Source: Octopus vulgaris
Taxonomy: Eukaryota
Reading direction: 5' to 3'
Length of the DNA stretch: 64,000 bases
NCBI GenBank assembly: GCA_951406725.2
Contig: OX597816.1
Span: forward strand, 118,606,001-118,670,000
A program made the translations under genes and the position numbers. The notes under the pieces are model-generated. The model was not told the origin of the DNA. It saw only the letters and a list, made by a program, of their open reading frames with translations, and searched no databases. Shown here in pieces: positions 47,828-63,456 of this stretch. Position 1 is the stretch's first letter. Each line of letters opens with the position of its first letter.

Positions 47828-50672
47828 TATTCAATTAAATAGTGAATCAGCAGCTGTGTATAATGAGATGCTGCCTCTTATGACCCTTATAATGAGCTAG
47901 GAAGACATGGGAATCATGTGACAAAGCAACAGATGCAATGCAGCTTCAGTAGAGAGATACAAACTAAAATACAAACTCAGAATGTAAAAAGATGGAAACA
48001 GACAGTGCAAGGTATTTTGTCTGAAGCTCTAATGGTTCTACTAATCCACCATTATAATATTGTCAAATTTTCTATTCTTCTGATTGGAGGAATCTTACTG
48101 GATGATATAGGTGCAGGTATAACTCTGTGTGTAACAAGTTTGTTTCCCAAAAACGTGATTTCAGGTTCAGTTCCACAGCATGTCGCCTTGGGCAAATATA
48201 TTCTGTTGTAGGCCCGGGCTGTTCAAAGTCTTGTAAGTGGATTAGAAAACAGAAACTGAAAGAAGCCGGTCTCGTATATAATATCATCATCATCATCATC
48301 AGCATCATTTAACATCTGCTTTCCATGCTGGTATAGGTTGGATGGTTTAACAGGAGCTGGCTAGGCAGAAGGCTGTTTTGGCTTGGTTTTTACAGCTGGA
48401 TGCCCTTTCCAACACCAACTATCCTGCAGAGGACTATATATAATAAGAAGAGTGATTAGCAAGTCAAGCAACTACCACTGAAACCCATCCCACCTGCCAT
48501 TGGCATCAGCTTGTAGTTGATATGGAATCATTTCTGATTGTATGGATCTCTTCTAGAGTTATGACAGTGTTAAAATATTTCATGCAAAGAACTTTTGAAA
48601 AAACATGCTTTACTCCTATGCAGTGATGAAAGAAGGTAATGACTAATATTGTTTTCACTTTCTTTTTCAGGCAAGTACTGGACACAACTCTGCACCCATT
48701 TCTATTGTATTCTGGCCTCATCAGCAAACCATACCCTCATCAGCGAAGCATAACCTTCATCATCATTATCATCATTGTCTCACCATTGTCGTATCATCCA
48801 GTTTTCCATGCTGGTTTCCCCCCAAGTAAGGTGACATTTACCCTTATCCAGGCATGTTTTCACTGAAGACTGGACATAAAGGACACTGCTTACATGACAG
48901 TAAATCCATTTTATAACTATTTTGCAATGTCAAGGCAAGGACACAGTAACACAAACGCACACATTATAAAGGAGATGGCTATCCACTCATGATTGAAGAA
49001 GACCATCACTGACCATTATCCATGCAAAATGCCAGCAATGCCTGTGCATGAGGTTATTGCACCAGCAGTCAGCTTCAACCAGATTTACATCTGCAGCTTT
49101 CATGCTTGTTATGGTGCTCTCCTACTTGACTGGGCATCAGATAGTTGCTTTACTGCTAATTGCAAAACCTAAAATTTTAGGTCCAATAAGGCTTGCACAG
49201 CACCTCATAGACCCTCTCCACCCTGCTGATATGATCCAGAGACAAGTAAAGGATGGATGAACCTAGTGTAGGTTCAACAACTATCTAGTGATAGCATGAG
49301 CCCTCAAGAATTTCAGGTTGGTGTCCTACATGCTGGAAGATTACTGGGAATGTGACACCCCTTAGCTTTGTTGAAGCATGTCTCTGGGAAAAGGTCACTC
49401 TGATATAAAGCCAGATATGCAGGGGATGGTATTGAACATTTAGGGGATCTTTTGTCTGCACTTGGGATCATGGCACTCCCACAATCCTGAGTCTGTAAAC
49501 CATCCATCCATCCATCCATACATACATACATACATACGTACATACATACATTACATCCATACATACACACATGCATACATATATATCCATGCTGGTGCCA
49601 CTTAAAAAGCACTTGTGCTGGCGCTATGCATAAACCACCCAGTACACACTGTAAAGTGGTTGTCATTAAGAAAAGCATCCAGCTGTAGAAACCATGCCAA
49701 AACAGACATGGAACCTGGGAAGCTCTTCAGATGGCCAGCTTCTGTCAAATTGTCCAACCCATGCCAGCATGGAAAACAGACATTAAATGATGATGATGAT
49801 GATATATGGGTCACCTACACAATAGGCTTCTTTCAGTTTCTGTCTACCAAATCCACTCACAAATGGTTGACTGGGAGCTATAGGAGAAGACAGTTGCCCA
49901 AGTGGGCCAAACCTTGAACCATTTGGTTAGGAATCAAACTTCTTATTACACTTCTACACCTGCTCATTATCAATTGATTTTAATTTATTCATATGATATT
50001 CTTTTCAGTTATTAGATCTCTGATATATTGAGGTAATGCCTTCAACACTTTTATTAACAACAGGGTTTATTTTAGTTGCAAAACCAACTTTTAACAACAC
50101 AGCTAGAATGTTTATTTTTAAAGCTATTATATTATGCAATAAAAAAGAATTCAGGAATTTGATCAAGGGCTTGGCTTTTTGTATTGTTTACAATTTATAT
50201 AACATCATAATCATCATCATCATTGTCATTGTTGCTGTTATTATCAATATGAGATTATCATAATTCTAATCAACATTATCTGTGTACGATAAACACTACA
50301 TAGCTACTCTTAGCAAAATCATAATCATCATTATTATCATTGTCGACATCATTATCATTATTATCATCATTGCCTTCATCATCATTGTCGTCACTCTCTG
50401 CCTTTGATTATAATAATTACAAACAAGCTGCATAGTAGTCCAGTAAAATAGACAAACAGAATAAATACCAGATTTAACCCTTTAGCATTTAAATCAGCTT
50501 TATATCTGGCCTAAATATTCTATATGTTTTGTGTTGAAACTGGCCAGCTCCAGCTCTCACACTTACTATTTCATTTTAAAAGTAAACAATCCCATCATCT
50601 TTCGTTTTTGGATTTGGTTTGCAAGATTCTTTATATGAATTCGTGTGTTGAAGCATATTCTGTTGTGTTGGG

Positions 50673-50991
50673 GGAGAGTCATTTTCTTTTTGTGCCTTAT
50701 AATGTAACACACTCACCGGTAAAATTTCCACTTATTTATTATTTTTATTTTCCTAAAATTTTCATTGCATCTTGCAACCTTTTCAATAGTCTCTCCCCTC
50801 TCCATGCCACTGATGCTGTCCAAGAGAAAGGCAAAGGCTGATTCAGCTTGGCACTAGTGACATAGCAACTCAAGACTATTGAAAAGGTTGCAAGATGCAA
50901 CGAAAATTCTAGGAAAATAAAAATAATAAATAAGTGGAAATTTTACAGGTGAGTGTGTTACATTATAAGGCACAAAAGAAAATGACTCTCC
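50673..50991. repeat. ~120-bp inverted repeat enclosing an 80-nt copy of the neighbouring SINE
   Basis: Arms 50673-50792 and 50873-50991 (~4 differences); 50794-50872 matches 51078-51156 at 78/79. Confidence 0.9.
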
Positions 50992-52310
50992 TTGGTTTGT
51001 GAATGACCATAGGATTGCACCTAGGAAGTTACCCTCTGAGGCACAAGTCTGGGCAAGGTTGTTTATGGAAACCAGCTTCCCCTCTCCATGCCACTGATGC
51101 TGTCCAAGAGAAAGGCAAAGGCCGATTCAGCTTGGCACTAGTGACATAGCAACTCATTTCTACAACTGAGTGAACTGGAGCAATGTGAAATAAAGTGTTT
51201 TGCCCAAGAACACAACACACAACTCAGTCCAGGAATCAAACTCACTACCTCATGATTGTGAGCCCAATGTTCTAACCACTGAGCCATGGCACCTGTATAG
51301 CTCAGAGAAATGATCGAGAACCTCCATTGTCCTGAAAATAAAGGGCAAAAGGTAAATACCCTCTTTGATTGTGAATGACCATGGGATTGCACCTAGAAAG
51401 TTAACCTCCAAGGCACAAGTCCAGAATACCAGCCTTCCCTCTTCATGCCACTGATGTTACCCAAGGGAAAGGCAAAGACTGATATAGCTTAGCACCAGTG
51501 ACGTCACAACATATTTCTACAGCTGAGTAAACTAGAGGTCCAGGAATTGAACTCACTACCTTATGACTGTGAGCGTGATGCTCTAACCACTGAGCCATGC
51601 ACCTTCACATCCATGAAGATAGCACAAATGATTTTAGATATGTTGGTCAAACCACAGATTGCTATACCAATAGCTTTCTGTAATCTCAGAAGTAGTAACT
51701 CTCTCCCAGTCTGGTATTATTGCTGCCGTTAACCATGAATGCCTGTTGCAGATTGTCTTTATGTGTGACAATAAATTCTTCTGTTAAATGTTTGCGGGTT
51801 TTGCTCAGTTATTTCTCCATGCAGCCAAGAAGCATATTTCCATTCATTAACTCAATCAGCTACCATAGCAACATTAACAAAACAGATAACAACCAACGCG
51901 ACAGTGGTGATACAGCCAAGAGCCAATAACACTTGTGACACTCTAAATCTAAACTCCTTGAAAATCTGGCTAATTTCTAGCCTTATGACCCTGTAAGCTT
52001 TGAGACAGACACTTTTGTTTGTTTGTTTTTTTTTTGTTTTTTTTTTGTTTGTTTGTTTTTTGTATGGCTATGTAATTAAGAATTTTCCTTTCCAACCATA
52101 TGGTTTCGAGTTCAGTCCCATTGCATGGCACTTTGGAAAAGTGTCTTCTATAATAGCCCTGAGCTGAGCAAAGCCTGGTGGGTGGCTTTTGGTTGATGAA
52201 AACTGAAAGAAGCCTGTCATGTCCATGTGTGTGAGTGTTTTCTACTATAGCCCTAGGCCAACTAATAACTTAGGATAGATTTGGTAGATAGAAACTGTGT
52301 GGAAACCTAT

Positions 52311-52351
<41 letters not shown>

Positions 52352-53231
52352 TATGTATATATTCTTTTATTCTTTTACTTGTTTCAGTCATTTAATTGCA
52401 GTCATGCTGGAGCACTGCCTCAATGGATTTTAGTTGAAGAAATCGACCCCAGGACTTATTCTCTGTAAGCCTAGTACTTATTCTATCAGTCTCTTTTGCC
52501 AAACTGCTAAGTTTTGGGATCATAAACACACCAGCATTGGTTATCAAGCGAAGGCAGGAAGACAAACTCACACACACACACACATATATATATATACACA
52601 CAAAACGGGCTTCTTTCTGTTTCTGTCTACCAAATCCACTCACAAGGCTTTGGTTGGCATGAGGCTATAGTAGAGGACACTTGCCCAAGGTGTCACACAG
52701 TGGACTGAACCTTCTTATTTCTTTATTGCCCACAAGGGGACAAACAAAGACAGACAAAGGGATTAAGTCTATTACATCGACCCCAGTGCATAACTGGTAC
52801 TGAAATTATCGGCCCCAAAAGGATGAAAGGCAGAATTTGAACTCAGAACATAACAGCAGACGAAATACCAATAAGCATTTCGCCCGGCATACTAATGTTT
52901 CTGCCAGCTCACCGCCTTACTACACACACACATATATATATATGTCTGTATGTGTGTGCTGTGTATGTGTGTATTTTTGTGTCCCCTTGTTTTGACACCA
53001 TGTGATAGTTGTAAATAACTGCCATGTCATCAAGCAGTGTCATTTGTTTTTAATATTCTGTGGAAACATCAGGTCATGGGGAGATACTACCTTGCTTGGA
53101 AACGGGTGAGGATTGGCAATGAGAAGGGCATCTGGCTGTAGAAAATCTGTCTCAGTAAATTGCACCACAGCCATGCAAGCATGGAAAAGTGGACATTAAA
53201 ATGATAATGAAGATAATGACAATAATGACAA

Positions 53232-53264
<33 letters not shown>

Positions 53265-55238
53265 CAGTGGCAGCAGTGGTGGTGGTGATGAAGATGATGA
53301 TGAAAATGATAAAGATGATGATGATAATGATGAGGATGATGACGATGGTGAAGGTGATAATGATGATATAATGATAGGAGGAGAACATGAACACTACTGC
53401 TTTTTTGTTTTCTTTTGCTACCCAACAACCTTAATAACATCAACAACAAAAACAACAGCATTATTGATTTCTTATATAGGCATATATAAATAAATATTGA
53501 TCTCTGTCAGTTTCGACCATGAATATTCCAATTTTCCAATTGTCTGATTGACAGATTGGCCTGCTCATTGAAATTAGCGTGTAAGTGGCTGAGTATTCCA
53601 TAGGGACATGTACTGTTAATGTAATTCTCAAGGAGAATCAACATCACAAAATGTGTATGACAAGGCTGAGCCTTTGAATTATTAGTGCCCTCTGTGGGAT
53701 TCCAGGCAGTTTCCATCTACCCAGATTCACTTACAAGACTTGGGTTGACCCAAGGTTCTGGTATAATACATTTTGTGTATTTTGCGGTTAAGACACTTTC
53801 TTTGGAGCCATGTGCATTCAGATTCAGTCCCACTGTGCAGCACATTGGGCAAATGTCTTGTTATAGCTCTGGGCCAACTAATGCATTGTGACTGAGTTTG
53901 ATAGATGGAAACTGTGTGGAAGCCTGTCATGTATGTACTGGTATGTCACACATATTGAGAAGACTATTGGCAATGTGAGAATGATTACCTCCCATGTATT
54001 TTAATGTTTCTACTTTTTCACATGTGGAGGCGCAATGGCCCAGTGGTTAGGGCAGCGGATTCACAGTCGGAGGATCGTGGTTTCAATTCCCAGACCGGGC
54101 GTTGTGTGTGTTTGAGTGAAAACACCTAAAAGCTCTACAAGGCTCCAGCATGGGTTGGTGGCGACCCCTGTTGTACTCTTTCGCCACAACTTTCCCTCAC
54201 TCTCTCTTCCTGTTTCTTGAGTAACGCTGCTGGCATCCCGTCCAGCTGGGGAGAACACATACGCCACAGAAACCGGGAAACTGGGCCCATGAGCCTGGCT
54301 AGGCTTGAAAAGGGCAACGTTTATCATTTTTTTTTTTTTCACATAGCATATATTTGTCTGCATGAGTTTACTTTATGCATATTTCAGTATTATACTTGAC
54401 ATGTATTTGTGTACATCATTAATATGTAAGTTTATGTGTGTGTGTGAAAAGGGGGCATCTGTCTCCAAAGCTCCAAAGCTGAGTAACATTTTCATGCTTG
54501 GATTTGTAAACTATGATAAGAATAACATGAGTCAACAAAGGATTTGTCCCAAAAGTATATGAAATGAAAAATAGGTAAAAAATTCTACATAAAAATACTA
54601 ACATACAGAAGCACAGAAAAATTAAAGCAAAACATGCAAGTGAAAAGAATATTGTGGTGTGAAGAATCAACACAGAACAACACACAGCACAGATACAGGA
54701 GAAGTGAAACACAACACATCGTGTGGGTGTCATGGTAACAAGCTGCTAATGCCACGCTGTCTGTTGACTGGCTAAAATGACCCCAATTTCCCAACTTTAA
54801 TTCCAAATAACATCAGATTCTTTAATTTACGAGATAAAGTAATTGGTTGATGGTAATCAAAATGCAGAGTTGCACAACTAATTGAAAGCAATCTGAGCAA
54901 AATTAAAGGGGGCTCATTTTGTGAATGAAACTAACTAGATCCATCCAGGCTAAATATTCTACATGCTTTAAGTTCAAACTGGCCATTTCCAGCCTCTCAC
55001 GCTTATCCTACAATGTCTCTCTAAAAATAAGCAATCACATCATTGATATCTTCAAGCTACATGATAATGAGTGATTAATTCAAACCCATCTGAACAAATT
55101 AGCATTATGCTTGACAGAATAATCTGAGTGCTAAAAGTTTTTTAAATGAAAGGCAAAGTAGATCTCAGTGGAATTTGAACTCAGAATGCAAAGAAGTGCA
55201 ACTAAGTAACATACAGCATGTCATTTATGACTCTATTG

Positions 55239-55625
55239 CAGTGGTTCTCAATATTTTTTGACTCTGAAGAACACTGGAAATTAAAAAAAAACCAAAAAAA
55301 AAATCCAGTTATTGCACACTAGAGATTAAATTAAAAAATGACTGGTATGCTAGAGATTAAATGAAAAACATGAACAAAATTACTGTAGTGCTTTATATAT
55401 GGAAAGCAAAACAAAATAATTTTTTTAAGTTTTAGAACAAAAAAAAAATCAAACAGAAAGAAATCTATTTTTTAACTTATTTTATTCATCTAACATGTGT
55501 ATAACAAAATTATGAACTGAATAATTCATTTCTCAAAACTCACAAGTGTTAGTATGAATTTTGTAAAACATTAAATTATATTTTCAAAAACCCATGCACT
55601 ACATTGCATTGTTTAAGAACCAATG
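55239..55625. mobile_element. hAT-like MITE, decayed
   Basis: cagtggttctcaa...ttaagaaccaatg; partial TSD ctctattg/ctctacaa. Confidence 0.55.
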
Positions 55626-55665
55626 CTCTACAAATTGTCATTCCTCTTTTCTACTGCTGCTGCTG

Positions 55666-55707
<42 letters not shown>

Positions 55708-57319
55708 ATAATAATAATAATAAATGCCCTGATGCAGTACCAGGCAGTGGCTCTCATGGCTTCTGATCTTAATTGATTGGAAGTGTTATCATGTACATTG
55801 TTTTGTCTTTGTATAAAAGATGGGCTACAGCAAATATTTTGCTCAATACTACAGATTTGCTTGTTAGCTGTTTGACTTTAACCATTTGGGCATGTCCGTT
55901 GGTGGCTGACGATATGTGCATCTCTGATCATGAGCAGAAATAGTTGAGGAGCATCATAGCCATGTGTTGAGAGGAATTCTTTGGGGTTTGAATAATTTGC
56001 CTCTGGAAACATGGGTGTTTCATTCAACATCCTTAAACAAGCCTTATTCAATGACCATTTGAGTAGGATAGACTATTTGACCTGAAGAAAATTCTAACTG
56101 GGCCCCACCTGCAAGGTCATGCGCTGTTAATCTTGATATGAGATCACCATGTTGTGAACACATGTGCCTGGTGAACCCTTATCAGATGAGTAGTCATGAT
56201 GGGTATTCTGGGCTTTGTATATTTTATCCCAGTGTCACTTTGATGGCGTGCATTGTTCTCTCTCTCAATGATAATAACAACAACAATAATAATTGTTTCT
56301 ACTACAGGCACAAGGCCTGAAATTTTGGGGGAGGGGGATAGTTGATTACATCAACCCCAGTGCTCAACTGGTGCTTATTTTGTTGACCTCAAAAGGATGA
56401 AAGGCAAAGTCAACCCTGGTGGCATTTAAACTCAGATCATGATGATGGAATGAAATACCACTAAGCATTTTGCCCAGCATGCTAATGATTCTGCTAGCTT
56501 GCTCCCCTTAATAATAATAATAATAATAATAATCCTTTCTACTAAAGGAACAAGGCCTGGAATTTTGAGGGAGGGTACTAGTTGATTACATTGATCCCAG
56601 TGAAACACTAGTACTTAATTTATTGACCCCAAAAGGATGAAAGGCAAAGTCAACCTTGGTGGAATTTGAACTCAGAACACAGTGACAGGCAAAAATTCAG
56701 CAAAAGTTGTTGAATAGATCTTTACATGTTCACTTAACCAACTAGAAATAGCAACTAAATTTTTCTTCAATCCCATCCTACAGAGTCTACCCTTTTTGAG
56801 ACACATAGTGTTAACCAAAAAGACTAAAGTTTTTTTCTGTTGAGATTGAAATTGATGGGTGCATGTAGAAAACAAAGAATAAAGTGCCTAAAATTACTTT
56901 TATTAGTATGTAAAACTACATATATATTATTTTGTTTTATATCTACTGAAAAATTATCCCTGATAGGCTATAACTCTTTAAAATATTTGTTTCATCAGAC
57001 TGATGGATCAGCCTCAAAGTCCTTTCAGCTTGTATCACTTGGGCCAATCAATTGGCCTGGGTATCTCAAGAGGGTTAAAAAAAAAGAAGGCAATATTGAT
57101 GATGTACTTGAAGATACATTATGTTTGAGACAAAGATGTGGTGCAAATAACTAGAACACATATGATCATAGTTAGGTCAGCTTCATCAAGATTAAACTAA
57201 GGCTAAACAATAGCAAAACTAACAATGGTTGAAATTAAAAAAGGAACCACTACATGGTGACTGAAACTGATAGAGATATCAATGAAATCTCCTTCCAACT
57301 TGCAAGTTTCAAAAAGCAC

Positions 57320-57557
57320 TTAACCCTTTTGTTACCATATTTCTGTTGAAAATAACTAACTTTGATTCAATTAAGTTTTAAAATTATAAAGAATTTAATA
57401 TGAATATAATAAAATAACTTCGTTGTTATTAAGCTGGTGTTTAAAACAAATTAACATGGAATTTTGATGTAAGATTTAATTTAGATCATTTTAAAACAGG
57501 AAGTTTGTTTCATAGAATCAAGTTTGATCTCAGGTGGATTGGTATCAAAAGGGTTAA
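57320..57557. mobile_element. piggyBac-like MITE, second family
   Basis: TTAA TSD at both ends; TIR cccttttgttacca/tggtatcaaaaggg. Confidence 0.85.
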
Positions 57558-59117
57558 TGGAAAATATTGTCTGAGATGCACTTCCTTCAGTCATTTGTTA
57601 GTTTGTTTATTTAACATCTGTTTTTTCCCGCTCTAACATTGACTTGGACAAAGAGTTATATGAGGCAGGATTTTATGGATAGATGTTTTTCCTGTCACTA
57701 AACTTACCTATTTTCCAAGGAATTTCTTTATTCAACAGGTCTTCAAAACCATGGAGCAAACTAGTCAAAACATCGACAAAAATACCAACATCTATTTTTG
57801 AAAAAAAAACACTACAGGTTAGCTATAACTGGAGCATCTTTGATCATAGGTCTGCTTGATCGAAACTGACTGGGGGCTAAACAACAGTAAAGGGAAAGAC
57901 GTTTCTGTTAGAAAGTTGAAAATCAACATATAAAGATAAACAGACTGCTTCAGATAATCGTACATTATCTGAGACAGAAAATTTTAGCATTTCATTAACT
58001 TTAACATTAATGAGATAAAAAAAATTAAAGCAGATCAAGAAAGTATTTTATTCTCTTTGATTTTAATTATTTTCACAACCTTCAAAGAAAATTATTGTTG
58101 TTAAGTATCTGTTAAATGTCTGTTAAGATATTTTAAAATGTCTGCATGAAAAAATTTTGAAAAGAATTTTTCTTTTAAATGTAATAATTTATTACATTAT
58201 TATAAGGCAGTAACTGTAGGTTGTTGTTGTTCAACTTCAGGTCATCCCTGATAAAAGGTATTCTAGACATGAGACCATCTTGTCACACTGCCTCATAGTT
58301 ATTATCATTATTGCCAAAGTAATTAGTAGAATCATTAGCATGTTAGACAAAAATGCAGTGGCATTTCTTCTGGCTTTATGTTCTGAATTCAAATCCCACC
58401 AAGGTCAACTTTGCCTTTTTGTCCCTCTGGAGTCAATAAAGTAAGTACCAGTTGAGCACTGGAGTCAATGTGATTGATTTACACATCTTCCTCAAAATTC
58501 ATGGTCTTGTGCCAAAATTAGAAAAAATCAGTATCATTGCTGTTGTTGTCTTTATTGTTGGTGGTACTGTTGTTGTGAGGGTTAGCAACAGCAAAGGCAT
58601 CCAGCTGTAGGAAATCTGCCCCCAATGAATTCCATCTGACCCATGCAAGCATGGAAAAGGAAACACAACAACAGCAATGACAATGATGATGCCAACAAGG
58701 ATGATATATAAATACACACACATACACACATACATACACACAAAAGGCTTCTTTTAGTTCCTTTCTACCGAATCTACTCATAGAATTTTGGTCAGCTTAG
58801 GGGAATAATAGGAAACACCTATCCAAAGTACCATGCAGTGGGACTGAACCTGAAACCTAAGAGTTAGAATAAGCTGAATAAGTTACAGTTGCTTGAATCA
58901 ATCCTAGAATATTCAGAAGGAAGAAAGCCCAAGTTGATCTCAGCAGGATTTGAACTCAGAACCTAGAAGAGTAAAACTAACAGCTGTAATACTAATCTAA
59001 GAGCACCTCTGGTTCTATGATAAAAAAAACTTCTTGTTTTAAAGCGATCTAAATAGATCTCTTTAAAATCTTTCATTAAAACTTCATGTTGATTTATGTT
59101 CCAAACACCAGTTGTAT

Positions 59118-59430
59118 AATCATCATCATCATCATTTAACGTCCACTTTCTATGCTAGCATGGGTTGGATGATTTGACTGAGGTCTGGCAAACCAGATGG
59201 CTGCACCAGACTCCAATCTGATCTGGCAGAGTTTCTACAGCTGGATGCCCTTCCTAATGCCAACCACTCTGAGAGTGTAGTGGGTGCTTTTATGTGCCAC
59301 CAGCACAAGGACCAGTCAGGCGGTACTGACAACGGCCACACTCAAATGGTGCTTTTTATGTGCCACCTGCACAGGAGCTAGTCCAGCAGCACTGGCAATG
59401 ACTTCACTCGAATGTTTTTTCATGTGCCAA
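59118..59430 (-). mobile_element. RTE-type 3' end / short retroposon with (GAT)n tail (further copies near 4880, 13310, 29650, 44530, 49590 and 61760)
   Basis: Reverse complement of the 13823-14163 element. Confidence 0.8.
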
Positions 59431-61114
59431 TTGTTTCAGTCATTGGACTGTGGCCATGATGTGACACTGCAAATAAATCAGACCCTGAGATTTATTTTTT
59501 AAACCTGGTACTCAGTCTTTAGATCTCTTTTGCCAATCTGCTAAGTTATGGGGATGTAAACAAACCAACACCAGTTGTCAAGCAATGGACAAACACACAT
59601 ACACACATAATGGGTTTCTTTCAGCTTCCACCTACTGTATTCACTCAGAAGGCTTTCATAGGCCTATGGCTATAGAAGAAAACCAAGGTGCCATACAATG
59701 GGACTGGAACTGGGCCTGAACCCAAGACCATATGGCTGGGAAGCAAGCTTCTTAACCACACAGCTATACCTGTGTCTATGATGACACAGTTATTTTACTA
59801 AATTCTTCATTTTCTAAAAAAATTAATACAAATAAAAACAATGAATTTCATTAGAAATTTGGTAACGAAAACGTTTAAGTATGGCATTTTATTGTTTCTA
59901 TTACACCATTTTTTTCCCCCTGAGTATTGAATAGTAATTAACAAATACCTGAAAATAAGCCAAGTTCAAATTCACCAATGGACAAATCTTGCTTCAGTTT
60001 GGTATTCATATTTTGTAATGGAGATGTATATCTCCTCTACTTGTTACCAGTGGAACAAGGATAAGTTTCAGTGTATCTCCTTACTAGTAGTACTGAATAC
60101 TTTTTCAGTTAGCAGGTGGCAAATGACATACACAAGAGTTTGTCTGTAATGAGAGATGCTGCCAGAGATACAGGGAAGTCATGAGACCAAGTTAAAATGA
60201 ATAATCTGGAGAAAGAGTGAAAGGGGAGAGATGCAGAGGATTGAATACATGTATGAGTAAGCGAGCATACGTGTGTGTGTGAGTGTGTGTGTATGTGTGT
60301 GTGCATGCATGTGTGCGTGTTCAGCTGTTGGAGCCAACAAACTAGTGTTCAAAACCAGCTGAAATGTTGATGGTAGAATCATCACAGCAATCAGACAAAA
60401 GTGCCTTGTGGTGGTCACTAATTTGGTGACTGTCCTTTATGTTCCGAGTTCAACTCCTTCTGATATGAAGTTCGTGCCTTTCATTTTTCTGGGGTATTGA
60501 TCAAATAAATTACCAGGCAAAATAGAACCTGAAAGATGCAATGTGCTTTGCTATCCCTATAAATATTTCTATAAAGAAGATTAAATGGAATTATAATAAT
60601 AGACTAAAGGTCATTCATATACAGTTTTGGTGTTACAGTTAGGCCCATATATACTGAATGTGCCTGATGGCTGCTGCACTCTGACTTATGTTGGTAAATT
60701 TTTTTTGTAATAATTCTGTTCTTGCAGTATCATGATATCATCTATAATGATTTGTTTTCAAATCTGATACTATACATTAAGAATCAAAAGTTAAGTTAGG
60801 ATGAAGTTGAGATGCTGTCTTGAGATGAATTCTGCAGTTATGTGTTTTGTGACTTTCTACAGTTTTGCCACATTAAGTAAAATATACAGAATGCTGTTCT
60901 GAACTCTGGGTATGTAGGTATTTTGAAAATATCTTATGGGTTGATGACCGTACCCTGCATAGTTATAGCACCCGTTCAGATATCCTACAAGAAAGTCATG
61001 AGACTACAGCACTATGGAGAATTGTGAAGAGGTAGTGCAAGAGCTCGATTGAGTCAACAATGCTTCTTATATTGATGCTGAGTGGAGGAATCCTAGGAGA
61101 TCGATACATAGGAT

Positions 61115-61262
61115 CAGGACCAGCAAACTCAGGCAGTTGCCTGGGGTGCCATGTGCTAGGAGGTGCAAAGGAAGGTGTGACAAAGACAAGGAAATTTCCA
61201 TAATTCTCAGTTTGTACATACCAAAGTTGCCCAGAGCACAAGCAACCCTAAGGCCGGCCCTG
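61115..61262. mobile_element. hAT-like MITE
   Basis: caggaccagc/gccggccctg ends; TSD cataggat/ctcaggat (6/8). Confidence 0.65.
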
Positions 61263-63049
61263 CTCAGGATCACCAAGCTCTGTTGAGAAAGTAACTGCAA
61301 TGCATTCATGGGGGTGGCGTCCATGGTTGTGTAATCAACTAATGAAAGATTCACTGTGACTCAAGCTTCCAATTCAAATTCATACTAATGGAATAGGATG
61401 GCAACAGGGAGTCATAGGAATCTGCAAAAGCAGCATCATCAAAGATTCTGAACTAATACTGCTTCTGCCTCTAACAATGAATATTTACTCAGCCTGCCAG
61501 CAATTTCTGACATCAGTGATTTGTCTAATCATGCAGTTGCTAGTGGATATTTATAACTGATAATGCTCAAAAAAGCATGAATCTGGATTTAGCAATTCCT
61601 CTGCTGCTTTGGACACTTTTCTTCTGCTACTAATATGCTTCTGTACTTTTTAGCACTATACGTAATCTATATGAGATGCTTTCTTGAGACAAATACCACA
61701 ATTTTGTGACTTTTTACAGTATCATCATCATCATCATCGTCGTCATTGTTGTCATCATCATCATCATTTAACGTTCATTTTCTATGCTGGCATGGGTTGG
61801 ACAGTTTGACATAGAGCTGGGCAGCTGGGAACTGTCCAGACTCCAGCTGTCTGTTGTAACATGGTTTCTATGGCTGGATGCCCTTCCTAATGCCAACCAC
61901 TTAACAGAGTGTGCTGGGTGCTTTTTACATGCCATCAACATGGGTGCATTTATGCAGCATTGGCACAGGGTCTACCAAAGCCTTACGAGTGTATTTGGTA
62001 TATGGAAACTGAAAGAAGCCCATCGAATGTATACATGTGTGTGTCTTTGTGTTTGTCGTCCAGTGCCAATTGACAACTGATGTTGGTGTATTTATGTCCC
62101 CATAACTTAACAGAAACCAACAGAATAAGTATCAAGCTTAAAAATAAGTACTGGGGTTGATTCTATTGAGTAAAATTCTTCAAGGCAGTACTCTAGCATG
62201 GCTGGAGTCTAATGTGTGTATGCTTGTGTTTGTTGCCAGTACTACATGACAACTGGTATTGATTTATTTACTTTCCTGTAACTTAGAGGTTCTGCAAAAG
62301 AGACCACAGATAAGTTTCAGGCTTAAAAGAAAACAAAAAACACTTAGGTTACTGCTTTATAGCTGGAAGTCCATCTATGATTGAATTCGTAGCAGCTGAT
62401 CTTCTCTGAGTGTGACCTTTAATGGTTGGCTGGTCTGGTAGCCACAGATATTCCGTAACAATTTTCATAATTGATCCTTTTTTTTCTCCTAATCTTTTTA
62501 CTTGCATCGAACATTGACCTGCAGGCAGCCATGCTAGGGTACCACATTCAAAGGTATTAATCAAAGAGACTGACCCCAGTACTTATTTGTTAAGTCTGGT
62601 GCTTATTTGATTGGTTTCTTTTACCAAAGCACCAAGTTACAGGGATGCAAACAAACCAACACCAGTTGTCAAATGGACAAACCCGGACACACACACACAC
62701 AAGCTAAGTACTTGGTTTGACTTGTTCAACTAGACCCTTCAAGGTGTGACCCAGAATGTCTGCAGTCCAATGACTGAAACAAGTAAAAGACAAACAGATT
62801 TATTTATAAATGTGGATTTATGTATAAACTAGTGATGGTGGGTAAGTTCAAAGAATTTGAAGCCTTTTAATTAAAAATTCTGGGTGTGTTATTATTTATA
62901 TTCAAGATATAAATAGCATTCATCTTGTGAAGTATTGGCTGTGAAATTAAGTTAAAGTTAAAGGTGTTTGAGTTATGCCAGGTCAACTATAGGTCACATC
63001 AAGGCCTATATTGTGTTTGTATTGACATTGTGATTCACTTATAAATACA

Positions 63050-63425
63050 CACTTATACACACACACACACAAATGCATATACACATACACAAAGACCTTT
63101 GGCACACATGCATACATACTCTCATAAACATTCATATATAGAAACACATAAACTCACTATCTCTCTCTTTCTCACATACACACACACACACTAATCTTTT
63201 CTACACACATACAAACACACACCAATGCCTTTCACATATACATGCACACATGCAAACATTTACACATAGACACACCCAAACATTCACACATATACAAGCA
63301 CACACACACACAACACCCCTAAATAACAATCTTTTTAACACACACATGCAAACATTCACACATACACATGGTCATATACATACACATTAATCTCTTTCAT
63401 ATACTCATACAAAGACAGGCAGATA

Positions 63426-63456
<31 letters not shown>

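Noticed and set aside
48650-48830. Strong plus-strand acceptor at 48670 and two minus-strand CTGATGAG motifs
   Set aside because: The sequence runs into a (CAT)n retroposon tail with no credible protein, and there is no stem II closing onto GAAA for a hammerhead.
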